From NCBI RefSeq assembly GCF_009914755.1, contig NC_060939.1: a stretch of DNA of 64,000 nucleotides. One strand, given 5' to 3'. The stretch's first letter is position 1. Each line of letters starts with the position of its first letter. Both the position numbers and the translations under genes were made by a program. Under the pieces are notes generated by a model. It was not told the origin of the DNA, did no database searches, and saw nothing but the letters and a program-made list of their open reading frames with translations. This DNA is from the human T2T-CHM13v2.0 reference genome, Homo sapiens. Shown one piece after another: positions 15,086 through 29,334 of the stretch.

Positions 15086-18000
15086 ATGGAGAAGTGTGAA
15101 GAATCACACACTGGCTCACATGTGCACGGCATTTGCCAAAACACCCTCTCGGTGCTGGCACCTGACCTGTACATGAAGTGAGGCTGGTCATTCAGACACA
15201 GTTCAAGCCTACCTTTCTGGGGTTTATAATCTAGAAAGAACAATGGTCTTGAATTATCCATTCCATATGCAGATTGACTCTTGCCCAGAAACTTTCAGGG
15301 CTGTGTATTTGTTCTTGAAACAGGAATAAATAAATCTTTAGCCAAGAAACCAGCTTTTCTGGTTTTCTTTGCTTTTTGGACAATTTAAAGCCTAAATGGC
15401 CTCTGTTCCTTCCAGGAGAACACTTATGATCGTATTTCTTTGTATATAGCAGGGATAGTATTGAATAATAATTGTTGCTATATTTGTTCTATTGGTGCAA
15501 TTCAGAGAAGACTACATTTGCTTAAATGATTGTTTGCTTGTAAACTATGGGAGCTTTCAGAATTGGTTAGGGACATCTACCCATGCTTCCATACATGGGA
15601 ATATGAAAGTTGGCAGTGATGTTGAAATTGATGTTGGAATTGGATATGGGTGCACTGCTCACTGCTTAGAGGAGTGGGGTGTGTGGGAAGAGGGATGAGT
15701 TTAGTTTCAGGATAGGTAGAGATGGGAATATGTAAACAAAGCCTAAAAAAAGCAGAGGCTGTAATCAGTGGGGGTGCCTGTGAGCACAGCAGGATCCTAA
15801 TCTCCATGGACCGGGAGCCAGCTAGACAGACAGATTTTTACCCTGGAGCTCCTGCATTTCTGCCTCTGCCGATCCTTCATTTACATTACCCTCTGCAAAG
15901 TTTACACTTCTCTAGAAAGGGCCAAAGGCCTAGAGAAACAAGGCAATCACAGGTAATTCAAGTGAGGATTTTTTGAGGCTTGCATGCTAAGAAAAAGAAA
16001 GTAACTGAAGAAAGAAATTACCTGAGGTGAAGTATTCATTCTTAGCGATGTAGCCTCTGAGAGAAGAGGTGAGAAATGTCAGAAGGGGTAAGTGAGGATG
16101 GAATAAGAAAAGCAAAGGAATGTAAACATTGGTCCAGGTAGACAGAGCAATGAGAAAAACAGGAAGAAAGAAAGAAATCCTGGATCAGGGTTCCTGCGTT
16201 GACTTGAGAATCGTGGTGGTCTCTCCTTTTCAAATCAGCAGTTAGAAATTGTTGGGCTACAATATCTGACAACCATGGAGGGTGGGCTGGCCTCCAACTC
16301 AGATGTCTGAACTGTGTGCCTGCTCCTGCAGTTGCCTTGCAAGTATAGCAGAACTCAGAAACACATCCTAATATGGATGTGTTTACATGGGAAAGCCAGT
16401 GTTTAAAATATTATTCAAGTCTCCAAGGATGGAAATTATTTCTGGAGAATTATATTTGTTGGTGGGAGCTATTTTAAATAGTTTCATGTATTTTCCTCCT
16501 GTGTTTCATTAAAGTTTTTCATTTTCTTTCCTTTTGGATTTTAAAACTATCAACTGGCTTTGCAAAAAGGTATTTCTTATAGGACCAACCAAAGAAAGAT
16601 TTAAACAGTGATGGGAAAATATAATTGAAGCCCAGAACTGGGTTCTATGTTCGAAGCAATAATAACTCTTCTTTCCCTGGGAATCTCTCCTAGGCAGAAT
16701 GATGCAGCCACACTTTTTTGTTATTGTTGTTGCTGTTGCTGTGAGCCCATGAGGAGAGCATCTGCTCACGGCTTAACTACATGAGCAATAAACTATGATA
16801 CATTCATGAGTGGAGATTTGTGTCACAAGAAGACAAAGCCTGATACATGTTGAGTAATTTTCATAATAGCTATTGAGTTCCATGACAATTAGGCATAAAT
16901 GATAAGCAGTTGGTATAAATGACAGAAATAAATTTTTATGGAACCAAACAGGATTTTTATAATTTCTCTCTTTTTGTTTAATTATTCAGAATCTATAAAG
17001 AGGGAATGTTGGCCATTTCCCTGGCAGCATGTGCACCTTAATGACCATTTCACACATACATGCAGATAGGGAAGCACAGGACTCTGTGGGACACGTGCCC
17101 TGTCCCATAGCCTAGGACTGTCTCCTAACACCCCTCCTGTCATCGGGCATGTGGAGGAGGGACTGGGGTGGTCTCTTCCTTTCAGGGAACAGTCTAGAGC
17201 TAAGGGGAGCAGAGTGCGTAATAGGTGTCTTCTCTGCATCCAGGGCTGTAGATGCTGAATATTGCCATCTTTGGGGACCACAGTACTCAGCTCCTTAGGG
17301 TGGAGGGGGCTTGGCATGCCTTGGACCTGGTGACCTTTCACCTGCCAATAAGCTTTGACCTGCAGAGTTAAGGAGAAGGTTTACAATGCAAAGAACCTTG
17401 AAAGATGTAAGCCTGTTAATTGCATGGATTGGGCGGGGGTACAGTGGCAGGTACAAGCATCCCAGATCTGAAGAGGGGCAAAAAGAGTGTCACCCAGGGA
17501 CAGGAGGGCCCAGAGTGGGGAGGCTGAAACACCAGAGGCCTCCTTTAGGACAATGGTTAAGGGGTCTTCCCCTTGCCTTCCCTTCTGCTTAGCAAATCAA
17601 GGCTGTGTAGGGAGTTATTTTAGATTTGCCAGGCATGGGAGCACACAGAAGGAACATGGTCTCGGTTCCCTTAGTTAGAAGAGACCGGCCCTCGGTGGCT
17701 CTGAGGTTTCCTGGAACACAGTTGCAGCCTTGGTCATCGCTGTCCCATCCCTGTGGGACTGATAAAATTAGTGTCCTGTTTCCAGAGAGCCAGTCACAAC
17801 TCATTCCTTTTTCTTTTTAACCCTTTATTTGTAGTGCTATCTTGTGGGTTTTTAATTTAGCAGTAAAAATCCAGGCTTGGATATTTTGATGATATGTTAG
17901 CTTGGTGCCAGTATATCAGTCATTGCCACCACCATCCTTCTGGTCACCGCAGCCCAGACCCTGAGAGTTGCATCTGATTACTCCCATTCCCATGCCCCTA

Positions 18001-18374
18001 CGCCCATTCAGTAGCCGAGTCCTGTTCATTTTATCCCAGCAGTATGTCTCAAATCTGCCTCTGGTTTTCTGTCCTCACTGCCAGTATCCTACTTGGTTCC
18101 TGTTTGCCTTGGACTATTGCATTGGTTTTCTAGTCGGCCTCCCTGCCTTAAGGCTTTCTCCTTTCAATCCACCTCCTACTCTGCTGCAAGAGCAGTCTCT
18201 GAAGCTTAACTCTGATCATGTCACTTCTCCAACTGAAACCTTCCATCCCCTACATCCTGCCAAATGACCAGCAGCCTGCTTCGGTCCAGCCCATCTCCCA
18301 GTCCTCCCACCATGTGCTGCAGCCACACTCTTCCATCTTCCTTCTCCTTCTTATCCTTCCCCAACCACCCCCCA

Positions 18375-18461
18375 CTCCTCCTCCTCCTCCTCCTCCTCCT
18401 CCTCCTCCGCCTCCACCTCCTCCTCCTCCTCCGCCTCCTCCTCCGCCTCTGCCTCCTCCTC
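18375..18461 (+). repeat. Interrupted (CCT)n trinucleotide repeat
   Basis: About 28 CCT/CCG/CCA units. Confidence 0.9.
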
Positions 18462-18519
18462 ACACTGGGCATCCCCTTCAGCTTCGCTTCCGGTTGTCTA
18501 AATCTTCCAGGTACTACAG

Positions 18520-18715
18520 CAAATTGGTTAGGGACATGAACATTCTGAAGACACACGGGCCAGAGTTCTAGTGCCAGAACTTACTAGCAGTGTGATCTTG
18601 GGGATGATAATAGCATCTACGTCGCAGAGTTGCTGTGGGGATCCCATGAGATCACCTGTGTAAAGCGCCTGGCACATAGTAAGTGAGCAGTCAGGTTGGC
18701 TGTTGGTTATCCTCT
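18520..18715 (+). mobile_element. MIR
   Basis: GGGATGATAATAGCATCTAC..GTAAAGCGCCTGGCACATAGTAAG. Confidence 0.6.
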
Positions 18716-19267
18716 TCTTCACCATTATCCTTCAATGAATGGCGCCTCAGGTGCCACCTACTCCATGAAGCCTTCCTTCTGTTCCAGTCTGAGGAGAGCA
18801 TGCACTAATGGGGCTGTCACATGGGGTATCTGCCAGCCACTCAGGCAGTTTCACATGGTAGCCCTCAGTTGAGTCCTCATGTTTCAGGGACAGGTCAGGC
18901 TTAATAATTAAACCTCGAGTGACTGGTGTCTTGATGATGAAGAGATGCTTCAACACGCCATACCAGATTGCTATATAAAACCTAGTTTTTAGTTTTTAAC
19001 AGGATAGTCACTTTTTAGTAATCAGAATGAAGTTCCCTGCCCTTTCTTAATATGAGGGTCTCAGGAAAGCCAAAATAGGAATCCGCAACTCCTGTCCTTT
19101 TGACGTTGCTGGTTGTAGAGCCACAGCTTCCACAGCTTTTCTCTCTCTGCACCTCAGTGTTCACCTGTTCACACTGCCTGTCTTTTGATGGGTTAAATGG
19201 CTGATAAGTAAGAATGGGCCAAGGACCTTCTGCAATAGAGTCTCCTGAGACGACAATTAAAAATGTA

Positions 19268-19557
19268 GGCTGGGCGTGGTGGCTCACACCTGTAATCCCA
19301 GCACTTTGGGAGGCTGAGGCAGACAGATTACCTGAGGTCAGGAGGTTAAGACCAGCCTGGCCATCATGGTGAAACCCCGTCTCTACCAAAAAATAGAAAA
19401 ATTAGCCGGGCCTGGTGGCACGCGCCTGTAATCCCAACTACTGGGGAGGCTGAGGCCCAGGAGGTGGAGGTTGCAGTGAGCCAAGGTCACGCCACCGCAC
19501 TCCAGCCTGGGCAACAAAGTGAGACTCTGTCTCGGGAAAAAAAAAAAAAAAAAAAAA
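19268..19557 (+). mobile_element. AluS
   Basis: Dimer; TSD AAAAATGTAG. Confidence 0.9.
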
Positions 19558-19672
19558 TGTAGATTCCTTGGCCGACTCTCACACCTTCTGAATCAAAATC
19601 TTTGAGGGTTGGGCCCAAGAATCTGCATTTTAGCAGGCTCACCCAAGGGCTCTTTATGTGCTGTAAAATAAA
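19553..19672. mobile_element. MER5-like hAT MITE fragment
   Basis: AAATGTAGATTCC...CTGAATCAAAATCT...GGGCCCAAGAATCTGCATTTTA. Confidence 0.6.
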
Positions 19673-20800
19673 GCTTTCAGTCACTTACTTAGAGTCTGGT
19701 TCTGTGGGCCTGAAAGAAATTCTGTCTTTGTGTGTCTGCTTCATTTATCGACCTCTTCGTATTCCTGGGCACTCTTCCTGTTGCCCCTGGGCTCTGTTAA
19801 AATGTTATATCTTCTACCTGTGTTATAGAATGTGCTACCGTGTTACCCTGATCTGTCTTCTCACCTACACTGTATCACCCGGCCCCACCTAGCACTTAAT
19901 GCAGAAACTTATTAAATATGGGTTGAGTGAATGGTTATTAGACATTTCATTCAAATTGTATAGACTAATCAGGTTAACCTATAGGTTAACCTTAGCCAAA
20001 AACTCATCTAAAATGTAAGTAAGCTATACTTAAAGGCTTAGAACTTTATAATAATGTATCCTGATTCTGTACTGAAAACTTATTTGGTATATTTGATTGC
20101 TCTTAAGGGAATGCTAAGATATTACATTCTTGGCACGGTTCTTTAGTTTTAGCTTAGAGCAATAGGAAATACTATGCTTTGTCATCTGCAGTATAATTTA
20201 TGGATTAAAAATACTTCATTCAGCCAGAATTTATTCCAAGTCAAAGTTTTAAAACTTTGTGAATAGCTATCTCATGTACCCTTTAAATTAACTTAGACTC
20301 CAGATAAATCTTCTTCTTAAAATAACTTCACTGCATAAGAAATATATATAATATCCTACAGCATGAAACTTCGGATTTGTTCCTGTAGACACCCATGGTA
20401 AGTATCAAACAGTGATGTAGGCTTTTTGAGTTACCTGCTCTTAACCCCATGATGAAGCATTTGGAAGAGAATTTCCATCTATACTTCTTTACTTTGTGGT
20501 TTGAATAGAGATTCTCAGGCTTTGTAAAAATTGTTCTCCTCTCAGGACAGTGACAGTAAGAAAATTTCAGACAGACAATTTTAAAGGAAAAGAAAAAGGA
20601 ACCAAATTTAGTTTCAAATTAGCTATACCTATTTTTAGTATAAATGATAAAGCACCTTAAATGAAAATCAGTGTATCAAAAGTGCCTTAGAATTTTCAAA
20701 ATTCTATTTCAAATCATAAAGAGTTACTGATTCATAAATTCATGAAAATGAAAGTACCACATAAAAGTGTTTTCTTTTTTTCTTTTTCCTTTCCCGCTAG

Positions 20801-20836
20801 GTTTCTGTGATGGTGAGAATAATGGACATGGGGAAG
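20801..20836 (+). CDS. CRTC3: CRTC3 exon 7 (36-nt microexon)
   Basis: (G)FCDGENNGHGE(V); long polypyrimidine tract + CTAG|, donor AAG|GTATGA. Confidence 0.9.
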
Positions 20837-21062
20837 GTATGAACTGATTTTACCTACCTATATTGGAGTGGGATGCTGATTAGTGGACATAACCTTTCAA
20901 TACCTTTACTAATAAATATTCATGTTTTCAGGACTCCCCCAAATGCTGACAACTGCTGATTGGCTTACTTTTCAGAGAGCCTCTAGAAAATTAAGGCTAG
21001 CCATGTTCAGGGCCAGGAGAAAGGAAATATGTGGTTGCATTACAAAGGTTCCTTTTTATCTA

Positions 21063-21442
<380 letters not shown>

Positions 21443-22182
21443 TTAATTGATCACTTAAACAATTAGTTATTCCAGTAGTCTACCCATTTAGAACGTCTTC
21501 GTTGACAGATAACAATGCCAGGAAAATGCAAATTGGTTATGAAATGAAAATGCAAACCTTACATAAGATACTGAGTTTCGTAAAGCCAATTAAAACATTG
21601 TTGGAGATCTATGGAAATGACACTCAAAGCCATTGACAAATGAGGGTCAGACACAGTTCATTTATTTACTCAGTACCAGGGACTGTTTTCTTTTCTCTAA
21701 ATCTTTATAATCTGGAATTTAATTTTTATAATCTAAAAATAAACAACTAAATTAGGTTTATATGTCACAGAGGTGAGACCCTAGGGGGGACATGATGAAT
21801 GAGGAGCATCTTGCAAGACGCACAGCTCTCTGTCATCATCCTGCAGCTCCTTTTCTGGGCAAGCCCTTTTAGGCCATGAATAAAATCACAAAAAGGTAAA
21901 ACATCAATAAACATCTAATCCACTAGAACAGAAATTAATAAATGGCTTCAAGGTTGACTGCATTCCTTCAGTGCTTCGAAGAATTCCCAACAAATCTTGG
22001 ATATGAAAAGGGACTAAAAACAATGAACTCTAAGAAAACAGTCCCCATTAAGGCACTGGAGTCTGCCCCAACCATGTTCTTATAACCAACCTCTTGTGAG
22101 AAGTAGCCTTGAGCTGTGTGTGATGACACCTTACTCAGTCCTTCAAACTTTTCCCAGCATTTGACAGTACCTTTCAGGGCAA

Positions 22183-22435
22183 TTTTTATTTATTTTTATT
22201 TATTTTTATTTTTATTTTTTTTTTGGAGACGGAGTCTCGCTCTGTCGCCAGGCTGGAGTGCAGTGGTGTGACCTCGGCTCACTGCAAACCTCCGCCTCCT
22301 GGGTTCAAGCGATTCTCCTGCCTCAGCCTCCCGAGTAGCTGGGACTACAGGCACCCACCACCACACCCAGCTAATTTTTTTTTTTGTATTTTTAGTAGAG
22401 ATGGAATTTTGCCGCATTGTCCAGGCTGGTCTCAA
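22183..22435 (-). mobile_element. 5'-truncated AluS, antisense
   Basis: T-rich tail followed by GAGACGGAGTCTCGCTCTGTCGCC. Confidence 0.88.
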
Positions 22436-23832
22436 TGATTATCATTATATTAATGATTAAGTCAGGTAACATTTGAAGAAAAGAGAATCAACAAGGATGT
22501 TGACAAAATACGCTCTTCAAAAGAGAGTGATGTAAATATCAGGATTAAGAGAGACACCTGGGAACACTGACAAAGCATGGCCTGGTTTAGCAGAAATGAC
22601 TGCTGCCCTGGTGGTACTGGACAGGTTGCCTGAAGAGCATTGTATCCTCCCCTTACCGTGCTGTCAAATAAGTTAGACCGCTACCCATACTTAATTCATT
22701 CTAGAAGTCCACAACTGCATTTATATCATCAGTTTTATTAAATACAAGATAAACTTATTTTAGAGTTTTTGTTTCAAAGTCTTTTCTCAAAATTTACTAG
22801 GAAAGTTTGGGCCCTGTGTCATGTGACTTCTTTCTGGGGTCCATTATTCTTGGGTACCCGGCCATCTTGTGTGGGGCTAAGACAGGATAGTCATGACAGT
22901 CACACTGGAGCTTCTGTGGCCACTGGAACTCAACAGCATTCCTGGTTCTGAGTAGTCACTGGTGTCCCTAACTTGGAATCCCCTTCCTGACATCAGATCA
23001 CTTAACTCCTGAGGGCTGGCCCTTGTTTTCTGGTCTCTTTCTGAGAATAAAAAGTATTTACTTGTTCTGTGACCCAGCATTCTTGTTTTACCTGGCACGA
23101 CTGAGAGAGTTAAAGCAGAAAGCCCTGGAATGGTCCCTTTATACAGGTTGTTTCATAGCATTAAAGAGCCAACAGCCGTCCCGGCAGCTGCCCAGCCTCA
23201 GATCCTCTTGGTTGTTGGTTCCTCTTTGTCCCCCATTTCCATCCCACAACCAAGGAGCTTCACTGCCACCATGTCTTCCAGCTAATACTCCTCTTCTCAA
23301 TACTTTCCCCATTTCGTCGTTGTTGCAGGTTCTCTCCTCATCCCTCTTCTTCCATTCTCTCCTTTGCCAAGCCTGCAGAGCCCCCCTGCCCTGGCCTCAA
23401 TTGTCTACATTTTACTTCCTACCATCCCCTTGACTCAGCCTACACTCCAGTTGAAAAGAGTTGCTCCACTCTTACCTTCCCCTCTCTTGGAATTCCCTTC
23501 TCCTGTGTCTCTAAAGGGCTCCCCCCAGTGCCCAGCTCCAAAGCCCTCCTGGCCTCTTCCTCTTCTGCACTTCATCTCTCAGCAGCATCATACCCTCGGC
23601 TCTCTCGGGCTTCCACTCGTTTTTTCCTTCAGTGATCGTTATTTATGTGTTGCCCTTATCCACTGACTAGATTACACATTCGTGAAAGGTTGAATCCATG
23701 TCTTACTCATTTCTGCAACTCCCACAGTAGTGCCCAAAGTGGCTTCCCTAGTAGACAGTCCATAAATGAGTCATTTTTGTGTGTTAAATAAGTCAAACAT
23801 TTTATTTGTTAAATCAGTTTTTACAAAGATAA

Positions 23833-24178
<346 letters not shown>

Positions 24179-24230
24179 TGGATTCCTGCCTTCTCATGCA
24201 ATGACTGTGCTGCTTTTTTTTTCCCTTTAG

Positions 24231-24316
24231 TAGCATCTTTCCCTGGCCCATTGAAAGAAGAGAATCTGTTAAATGTTCCGAAGCCACTGCCAAAACAACT
24301 GTGGGAGACCAAGGAG
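24231..24316 (+). CDS. CRTC3: CRTC3 exon 8
   Basis: (V)ASFPGPLKEENLLNVPKPLPKQLWETKE, 86 nt; TTTAG|TAG tandem acceptor, GAG|GTGGGT donor. Confidence 0.92.
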
Positions 24317-25524
24317 GTGGGTGAACAGTACTCAGCTATGTTTGTTGTCACTGAATGTTTGTACTTAGAGGTCATTGAAAAATCCTGCAGAGGTGAAAGC
24401 AAGAGGAACTGGGGGAAAAGGAGAAGATTTGTCTGAGAACAGAGATAAGAATATACAAGGGAAGGACGTTTCAAGTAAAAATTATCGCGCTTGTGTCAAT
24501 GAATTAGCACATTGATCTCTTGGCTTACTAATTTTCATATGAATTGACTTATTTAAAAAAAAAAAAAAAAAACCCTGCTAAGTCCTCCATATCTTATTTG
24601 TTTTGCTAAAAGCTCTGAAACCTGGTTGTAAGTCATAGGCAGATTTTTCTGTTTTTTTAGCCAGCGCTTTATACCAGTCTCCAGCTTCTGTCCAGAATTA
24701 CTGGTATACCAGATAGCTCTTTTTAACTCAAGGGCATTTGACCTGAGTCCTCCAAGAGTCAGTAGACAAGTCATCTGTTTTACTATGATTTCCATGCGCC
24801 TTTGAGAATTTGTATCTAAAATTGTGCTAGCTGACCTCCACCTCGGCTCTCTAAACCTCACCCACTGTGGAAGAAAGGGGAGGTCCCACGGTACTTGCCT
24901 TGGCCTTTCTTCCCAGAGGGAAGCTGTGTTGACTTTGAAAGAAAACAGTTAATCTGTTCCAGCCCTTAAGGATGCTCTATTGCAATTGTTTGTATTGCCT
25001 GTGTACTTAACTATCCCCACCTGTTTAGGATCCCTTTGGCCCAGTTCCATTTTCTTCTGCCAAGTCTACCAGAGTCACCATTAGCATTAGTTGTCTTAAA
25101 AGGCTTTTTGTAAAAGCAAGATGTATTTGATGTTTAATCATTTGGGAAGTAAAAAAGAGATATGATTTAAAATTTACATATTTAAACACAGGAGAAGCAA
25201 CCACACTGTCTTTTGGCTGTGAGAGGCACATGTGGTTGTGGAGGCTTTTATCAGAGGATAACTATGTCTTCTCCACCAAAGAGGGCAGTGGTGTGCCCTC
25301 CTCCCTGAGTACCAGGGACTGGTCTCTGGAAAGAGATGTTCATCTCCCTTGGTTCTTGTGGATTTGTAATACTCATTCCTGTCCGTCTGGAGCTTATATT
25401 CTAGTTGAAATAGCTTAGTTTCTTCTGACATTCATTTCTTTTTTCACCCTGCTTTTTTCTTTTATTTATTTCATTTCCTCTCAAGCCAATTGGAAAAGAA
25501 ATGTTTATTTAAAAGCTCTATGTC

Positions 25525-25809
25525 GTCCAGACCCAGTGGCTCATGCCTGTAATCCCAGCACTTTGGGAGGCCGAGGCGGGTGGATCACCTGAGGTCGGGA
25601 GTTTGAGACCAGCCTGGCCAACATGGTGAAACCCCGTCTCTACTAAAAATACAAAAATTAGCCGAGTGTGGTGGTGCATGCCTGTGATCCCAGCTACTCG
25701 GGAGGCTGAGGCAGGAGAATCGCTTGAACCCAGGAAGCGGAGGTTGCTGTGAGCTGAGATGTGCCACTGCCACTCCAGCCTGGATGACAAGAGTGAAACT
25801 CCGTAAAAA
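25525..25809 (+). mobile_element. AluS
   Basis: Dimer with short tail; TSD AAAAGCTCTATGT. Confidence 0.9.
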
Positions 25810-26090
25810 GCTCTATGTGTAAAACATTGGTCTTTTAATGTTAATCCAGAAGGTAAATTGATAAGGCATCAAATTAGGAAAATGTATTAATATTATGCCT
25901 CCCTTAGGCCTGGAAGTTTGAGTTTAAAAAAGTCATGCCAAAACCTAAAAGGCTGCTGTGTGAGGACTCTGTCGACACGCAAGCTCTCACTTGCGCCCAC
26001 TAGAGCCTCAAGGTCCTTACGAAGACACTTTTCAAAAACTTGAATTTGGCTTTACAGCGAGTAAGCCCAGCTTTCATTGTCTCTTCTCAG

Positions 26091-26140
26091 ATTCAGTCCC
26101 TGTCAGGACGCCCTCGATCCTGTGATGTTGGAGGTGGCAA
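26091..26140 (+). CDS. CRTC3: CRTC3 exon 9
   Basis: IQSLSGRPRSCDVGGG(N), 50 nt; CTCTTCTCAG| and AA|GTAAGT. Confidence 0.92.
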
Positions 26141-26519
26141 GTAAGTAATATTCTTTCTGTTCGTGTTTCAGGGACTATCCTGAAGGTTTTTCCCAAAAGT
26201 CTCGCTGCTTTGTTACAGAACTCTCAGAAACGTAACTTGCTATGCATAAATTGAAAGTCAACTGCATTTTCATAAAAACAGCCACTCTCTTTTGATACTC
26301 ATATTTCATCTGTTTAAACTAATTAAATTACATGACTATAATAACAAACAAAACTTACATAAGTATGTTTGAGAATCACACAACTGACTCTTGGTAAATA
26401 CACAACTCTCCGGGTAGAAGCAGTGTCAGAAGCAGAAACGTGCAGGAATCGAGAGGAGCCTACCAGCCCCGAGCTGTGGCAGGCTGTGGGCATCGGTGAC
26501 ATCCTGGCCAGGGGAAAAG

Positions 26520-26668
26520 GGAAGCATCAGTTCACCTGGCAGCTTAATGGCACAGAAGTTAATTAAGAGAGTTTCTGTGAATGTACTTAATGTCACTGAA
26601 CTGTACACACAGAAATGGTTAAAATGGTAAATTTTATGGTATATTTATTTTACAACAATTTAAAAACA
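26520..26668 (+). mobile_element. Old L1M 3' end
   Basis: ATGTACTTAATGTCACTGAACTGTACAC..AAATGGTTAAAATGGTAAATTTTATG. Confidence 0.65.
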
Positions 26669-27624
26669 TAAATGGAAGATAAATATATTTTCCATTTGCA
26701 ATACAAAAAAGTTTCTATGAAACCATTAATTTGTTAGTGGATTTAATAGTATGCAACTTCACTCCCTAAAAGGTTTGAGACAACTTACAAAAATATAGTA
26801 CAAGCAAATGAAAAAGGAAGTTCATGAGGAAGTTGAGTCTAAGAGAGAACGAGGAGATGAGAGAGATAATGAGGCCCTTGCCTTAACAGAAACTGCCTTG
26901 GGAGGGCCGGCTGGTGTGCTGCGTGGGACGGTACAGACAGCTGCTGGGGAGGTTCACAGAGAGGACCCCTTGGAACTCGATGGGCTGTGTCCTGAGAGAG
27001 CCCCAAGGAGGCTTCCTGGGGCTGTTTATCATAGTGTCCGTGAGAGCAGTCCCACCACTTGGAACTGAAGCCAATTCAGAAACAGCAAGGCTGCAGGGCC
27101 AAAATAATGTGGTTTGGAAATGGGATTCTTGCATGATCTGACTTAGTACATACAATCACCAGTGGGTCAGTGGGTGAACTAAATCCACTTCAAGCAGTCA
27201 TTGAATGTGATTTCCCCCAACAGAGCTTCCTGTGAGTATCTCACAGCAGCGCAGTCAAGGCACTCTCTACTGAGTACCTGGAGCTCAGACATTCTTTCTG
27301 GCAGGTTAAACGTAAACTCAGGTGATTTGCTGAGCTGCGCCACGGGTTGATGTTTGCTTCAGAAAGTGGGCAAGCCTGCCAGGACGCATGCCCAACAAAA
27401 GACAGGCCGCCGAGAGGTGCAGGACATTCCCATGGAAGGGGCAAGCTTTTCCTCAAGGGAGTCTCCCTCAACCTAGTCTGGTTCAGGGGCTTCCTGGTAA
27501 AATGGAAATTTGGAAACAAAAACAAAAACAAACATTTTCCTCAAGAATCAATTTTGGCTTAACCATCAGATAACCTTCAGGCTCTGAAAGCCTAACATTA
27601 TAGAATTGGGCTGCAGTACTTTAG

Positions 27625-28086
<462 letters not shown>

Positions 28087-28164
28087 AACCTGGAGAGTTT
28101 TAAAGCAGGTGTTTCTTAGGTAGAGAAAGTTGCTTTCTTGCTCTTACTTTACAGATAGAATTCC

Positions 28165-28545
28165 ATTCAGTGACTTCTAGTCATGCAGATATTTATTGAC
28201 CCCCTAATTCTTGGCACTGGGTTAAACAATGAACAAAACAGATCAAGTTCCTGCTTTCGAGGAGCTAATAATCTAGTAGAGCAAGATGGGCAGAAACAAA
28301 TAAGCAAAGCACAGCAAAAGTCATGTGTGGGTAAATGCACTGAAGGAGACGCAACTGTGGCAGGTGGACAGGCAGCCACCAGCGGGCGTTGAGGAAACCT
28401 TTCTGATAGTGTGAAGCGACGCAGAGAGGGCTCCAGGCAGCAGGAACAGCAAGTGCAAAGACCCCAAGGCAGGAGTGGGCCTGGAGTTCAAGGAGGCTTG
28501 TATTGCTTGGATCTGACGCAGAGAAGATGGGAGTCGTTAGAGGGT
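28165..28545 (-). mobile_element. L2 fragment, antisense
   Basis: ATATTTATTGA..GGCACTGGG..AATGAACAAAACAGA..GGAACAGCAAGTGCAAAGACCC. Confidence 0.6.
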
Positions 28546-28872
28546 CTTGAACCGGGGGGCGCATTACTTTCCTTAGATCAGTGGTGACTCCGTTAGGTAG
28601 TAACTATATTTGGAAAGGAACCACCTGTATTTCTCCCAGCTGCAGAGGAATTGTGTGAACGTTACTAATGACCTGTTTCACAGTGGTCACATTTTTTCCA
28701 TCCTTGCTCTGTGCTGTTGGACGCTTCTCCCTGCCGCGCCCCTGCTCTCTCTGCCTTCACTCCCACCTGATCACCCATGGATCTTTCTTCTCAGTCAGAA
28801 AGCCCATCTGCTGTCACGTTGAGGGCTCTGAGGTCTCAATTTTATTTTTCTAGTCCTTGATCTTTAACCCTA

Positions 28873-29334
<462 letters not shown>

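Noticed and set aside
18218-18571. Poly-Pro, poly-Arg and poly-Leu ORFs
   Set aside because: These are translations of the (CCT)n microsatellite.
28375-28390. CTCF-like GCCACCAGCGGGCG (and CCGCTACGGGGCA near 63404)
   Set aside because: Each has a core mismatch and would need ChIP evidence.
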